This document shows positions 3,486-5,940 of a stretch of DNA of 5,940 nt, one piece after another; the first letter of the stretch is position 1; each line of letters begins with the position of its first letter. The notes beneath the pieces were generated by a model. The model saw only the letters and a program-made list of their open reading frames with translations. It was not told where the DNA came from and ran no database searches. Both the position numbers and the translations under genes were made by a program. Location: IMG/VR virus record IMGVR_UViG_3300020030_000116, positions 1 to 5,940 of that record. The stretch is one strand, 5' to 3'. This stretch comes from a virus.

Positions 3486-4610
3486 TTACTCATGCAAAGA
3501 TACGAAATTACGTAATTCATCCAAGAATCGCTGACGAACATTTTCCTTCTCGTAATGTTCGCGAGATCCAAGAGATTCGATAGCCTTATCCAAAACAGAG
3601 TAAAGAGAATTCGAGCGATCGGTACCAGTCAAAATACGCGCAAGTTGTTCAGCCAATTCCGTGTTTTTCAATCGAGCACCAAACGCATCTTGAATAATCT
3701 TTTGTGCTTCAGATTGCTGGATTTTAATCTTACCCTCACGGAGAGCATTTTCCGTATCGGTAAGAGCCTGCTTGTAATCAGTATCGGCCGAAAGATTCGA
3801 TTTCTTAGCACCTTCAGTTGCCGTCTGGGCTTCGACATTCTCGATATTGGCATCCTGCAGACGCTTCATACCATCACGGAGAGTCTCAACGGTGAGACGA
3901 TCAGCGTCAGTCTTAGCGGCCTGGGCAAGATTATTCTCTTCGCGCGACCAAAGCTCAGCGATACGGGCATCACGTTCGGCGGAATCTTGAATAGCTTTAA
4001 TCTCGGCGAACTCGGCGTTAACCTGATCAATCTTAGCCTTAAAGCGCTTCGAAAGAGCATCGGACTCAGCAGCCGAACGAACGAACTCAAAGAGACTATT
4101 CGAATTCTCGATACCTTTAGTCTCTGCGATAGTCTTCAAACGCTGAGCGTTGGTATACTCGGTCTGTGCCTGAATGTTTTCAGCCTGAACACCCTGCAAA
4201 GCGGCTTCGCGAAGAGACGAGGCGCCTGCCATGATGTTAGACATCGGGTTATTCGAGTACGGACCTTGAGAGGGAACGGAACCACCGTCGGCCTGCGAAA
4301 CATTACCTTGCGGGGTACCCATCGGCTGGAGGGCAGAGCCTTGGAAAAACGGGTTAATCCCAGCGGCCTGCATAGAAGAACGCTGTGCAATGGGAGACTC
4401 GAATTTGTTATAAGCCCAAGAAGCATAATCTTTCATGCGTTCGTACTGGGCTTGAGCATCCTCACGGCGTTGAGTAACTTGAAGATTATACATCTTCTCT
4501 TGCCACTTACGATTTTTACGGTTTAAACTGCCAGCGGAAGCGGCAGAACCGGCGGAAGCGGCGCCCCCTAAAAGGGCGCCGATTCCAAGGGCGGTTTCAG
4601 CGAACGGCAT
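3486..4610 (-). CDS. VP2: Minor capsid / DNA pilot protein VP2
   Basis: 374-aa ORF with a Gly/Ala-rich hydrophobic N-terminus (MPFAETALGIGALLGGAASAGSAASAGS). The segment WAYNKFESPIAQRSSMQAAGINPFF resembles the conserved (M/L)xxAGLNP motif of microvirus VP2/H-like proteins. A long Ala/Glu/Gln/Lys-rich, probably coiled-coil, C-terminal half follows. The ATG lies 2 nt after the upstream stop. Confidence 0.85.
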   Translation of the reverse strand: MPFAETALGIGALLGGAASAGSAASAGSLNRKNRKWQEKMYNLQVTQRREDAQAQYERMKDYASWAYNKFESPIAQRSSMQAAGINPFFQGSALQPMGTPQGNVSQADGGSVPSQGPYSNNPMSNIMAGASSLREAALQGVQAENIQAQTEYTNAQRLKTIAETKGIENSNSLFEFVRSAAESDALSKRFKAKIDQVNAEFAEIKAIQDSAERDARIAELWSREENNLAQAAKTDADRLTVETLRDGMKRLQDANIENVEAQTATEGAKKSNLSADTDYKQALTDTENALREGKIKIQQSEAQKIIQDAFGARLKNTELAEQLARILTGTDRSNSLYSVLDKAIESLGSREHYEKENVRQRFLDELRNFVSLHE

Positions 4611-4612
4611 AA

Positions 4613-4993
4613 TTATTCAGTTTTAGCCTGCTTGAGTTTCTCCTCATAACGCTTTTTCATGCGGCCGGAAATACGATCGCGAAGCGCCTCAGACTTCTCG
4701 AAGCGATCAAAGCCAGGTTCGAACGTCGGATCAATATCCTCGGAATCATCCTCATCATAAGAAGATTCTCCGAGTTCCCGAGAAGCAAGCGGCAAACCAC
4801 CTTTGCGCATCGAGCGAATCTGATCGGAAAGAGGCTTAACGCCGTAAATCAAATTCTCATCGGTGGTAGGAGTACAAAAACCGCGGCGAGCACAGCGACG
4901 ACGCCGAGACATACGCAGGGGTAATTTAGAAAAGTCGAAGTCCTCAAAAAATTGAAGGTCTTCATTATTCGAAATATTCTTTGTCTTTGCCAT
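4613..4993 (-). CDS. Hypothetical 126-aa acidic protein between VP1 and VP2; a possible internal scaffolding (VP3-like) role is inferred from position only
   Basis: The ATG lies 3 nt after the VP1 stop, and the ORF's own stop lies 2 nt before the VP2 ATG. It has an Arg cluster (RMSRRRRCARRGF) and an acidic stretch (SSYDEDDSEDIDPTFEPGFDRFE). I do not see the FxxLPxxxRxxFxNxP motif I recall for gokushovirus VP3, so the function is uncertain. Confidence 0.75.
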   Translation of the reverse strand: MAKTKNISNNEDLQFFEDFDFSKLPLRMSRRRRCARRGFCTPTTDENLIYGVKPLSDQIRSMRKGGLPLASRELGESSYDEDDSEDIDPTFEPGFDRFEKSEALRDRISGRMKKRYEEKLKQAKTE

Positions 4994-4996
4994 AAC

Positions 4997-5940
4997 TTAA
5001 AGTGTTGTTGCTACGTTAACTTTTGACTTTTCACGATAGGCCGAAGCTGAGCACGAGAACGTCAAAACGAAGTTCTGCGCCTCGTTGGAAATATCCGCAA
5101 AAACGCTGTTATAAGCGTCCGAACGAATATAAGGCGAGTAATCGGTAAACGGACGCGACCGCTGAAGAACTGCGAGAATAGTCTCGGCGACCTCGTAGGT
5201 GATCGAACCATCTTTCAGATAATTAGCGATCGTGTCGCGAAGCGAATCAACTTGAGAAGAATTAATTTCATCGCCGTAGTCGCGATCGAGAAGCCAATAA
5301 GACAGCTCGGTAGTGAGTCGGCCGTGCGAACGGCTAACAAGCTGCATGAGCTTCGACCAAGCAGGGACAAAGCCGACGCCAATGCCGTTACCGTAATTGG
5401 TGGAAGTGAAAGAAAAAACGTCGGGCGAATCCACCGAGCCCTGCGGTATAGCGTCGAGTGTTTGAAGCAGAAGCGGCTCCATAGTAATATTATCGAGCGC
5501 GGGCGCGTATGAATCGCCAAGATTCAGTTCTTCGAGGAACGGATCAAGACCACGCGAATAGATGACATCGGGAACAAGCGAGGCCATCACCATAAAATAA
5601 CCGGGCTCGTCGAAGTTGAAGACACGGCGACGGAAATGCTCGCCACCGGAGGATTGACCAGCAAAAGCGCCGAGCGGACTGGAAGAATCGCCCGCGCCTG
5701 TCGTCTGATAGATGACATTCGAACCAAGGTACTGCCGATCAGCACCGAGAAAAATAGGCGTCGAATGATTCTTGACACGCGAAACGTCGAACTCCGAATT
5801 CAAGAAGTCGGACCAACGACCACCGTTCAAAGCGAGATCGATCCAACGTTGAATATGCGACATGGCGGAAATGTTACGCATCGAAATCGTCTTGTTATCC
5901 GCTTCCAAGTCGACTTTAATTTCAGCATCGACATAGCCGG
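4997..5940 (-). CDS. VP1: Major capsid protein VP1, C-terminal part. It continues upstream through the circular junction into 1..887; 5820-5940 duplicates 1-121.
   Basis: The track ORF 4997..5908 starts at an internal TTG (Leu in the full protein), but the frame stays open to the right edge. The stop TAA is at 4999-4997. Together with the N-terminal part it gives 1,710 nt, or 569 aa. Confidence 0.93.
   Translation of the reverse strand, partial: GYVDAEIKVDLEADNKTISMRNISAMSHIQRWIDLALNGGRWSDFLNSEFDVSRVKNHSTPIFLGADRQYLGSNVIYQTTGAGDSSSPLGAFAGQSSGGEHFRRRVFNFDEPGYFMVMASLVPDVIYSRGLDPFLEELNLGDSYAPALDNITMEPLLLQTLDAIPQGSVDSPDVFSFTSTNYGNGIGVGFVPAWSKLMQLVSRSHGRLTTELSYWLLDRDYGDEINSSQVDSLRDTIANYLKDGSITYEVAETILAVLQRSRPFTDYSPYIRSDAYNSVFADISNEAQNFVLTFSCSASAYREKSKVNVATTL
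5820..5940. repeat. Terminal redundancy, copy B; identical to 1-121
   Basis: See copy A; all 121 nt are identical. Confidence 0.97.

Noticed and set aside
3555-4526. 323-aa ORF on the plus strand, antisense to VP2
   Set aside because: It is in codon-for-codon antisense register with VP2. It stays open simply because VP2 avoids TTA, CTA and TCA codons. The product is low-complexity (L/I/R/S/T-rich) with no recognisable motif, and all other genes are on the other strand.
533-5778. Short minus-strand off-frame ORFs inside VP1, VP4, VP2 and the nested pair (533..721, 961..1170, 1234..1527, 2166..2402, 3668..3853, 3866..4090, 4136..4426, 5215..5520, 5587..5778)
   Set aside because: They are alternative frames of confident CDSs, 61-101 aa long, with hydrophobic or Arg/Ser/Leu-rich off-frame composition. 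Nothing supports them beyond being open.

Overview
The window is one complete, circularly permuted Microviridae (ssDNA phage) genome. Positions 1-121 are identical to 5820-5940, so the unit length is 5,819 nt and the overlap looks like an assembly artefact of a circle. All credible genes lie on the minus strand, so the packaged strand should be the reverse complement of what is shown. They read as one compact transcription unit. A candidate promoter at about 2640 leads into a nested ORF pair (1858-2451 and 1868-2260). Next come the VP4 rolling-circle replication initiator (887-1849) and the VP1 major capsid protein (887 to 1, continuing 5819 to 4997; 569 aa, split by the contig ends). These are followed by a 126-aa acidic protein (4613-4993), the VP2 pilot/minor capsid protein (3486-4610), an unannotated 38-aa transmembrane mini-ORF (3354-3470) and a candidate terminator (3311-3346). 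Gene junctions are 1-nt overlaps or 2-15 nt gaps, and no gene has a Shine-Dalgarno sequence. A Bacteroides-type promoter motif (TTTG-N21-TAnnTTTG) suggests a Bacteroidota host. The main anomaly is a roughly 605-nt block (2697-3300) lying between the terminator and the promoter, outside the transcription unit. It is GC-rich, dense in hairpins and poor in ORFs. It carries a 24/25-nt direct repeat with an inverted partner, competing hairpins and Z-DNA-prone tracts, and its ends look like an insertion. I could not assign it to any known RNA or mobile-element family by eye. Other leads are dual coding upstream of VP4 (a lipoprotein-like N-terminus and a J-like basic tail in one frame, a globular-looking 130-aa ORF in the other) and the 38-aa membrane peptide as a lysis candidate.
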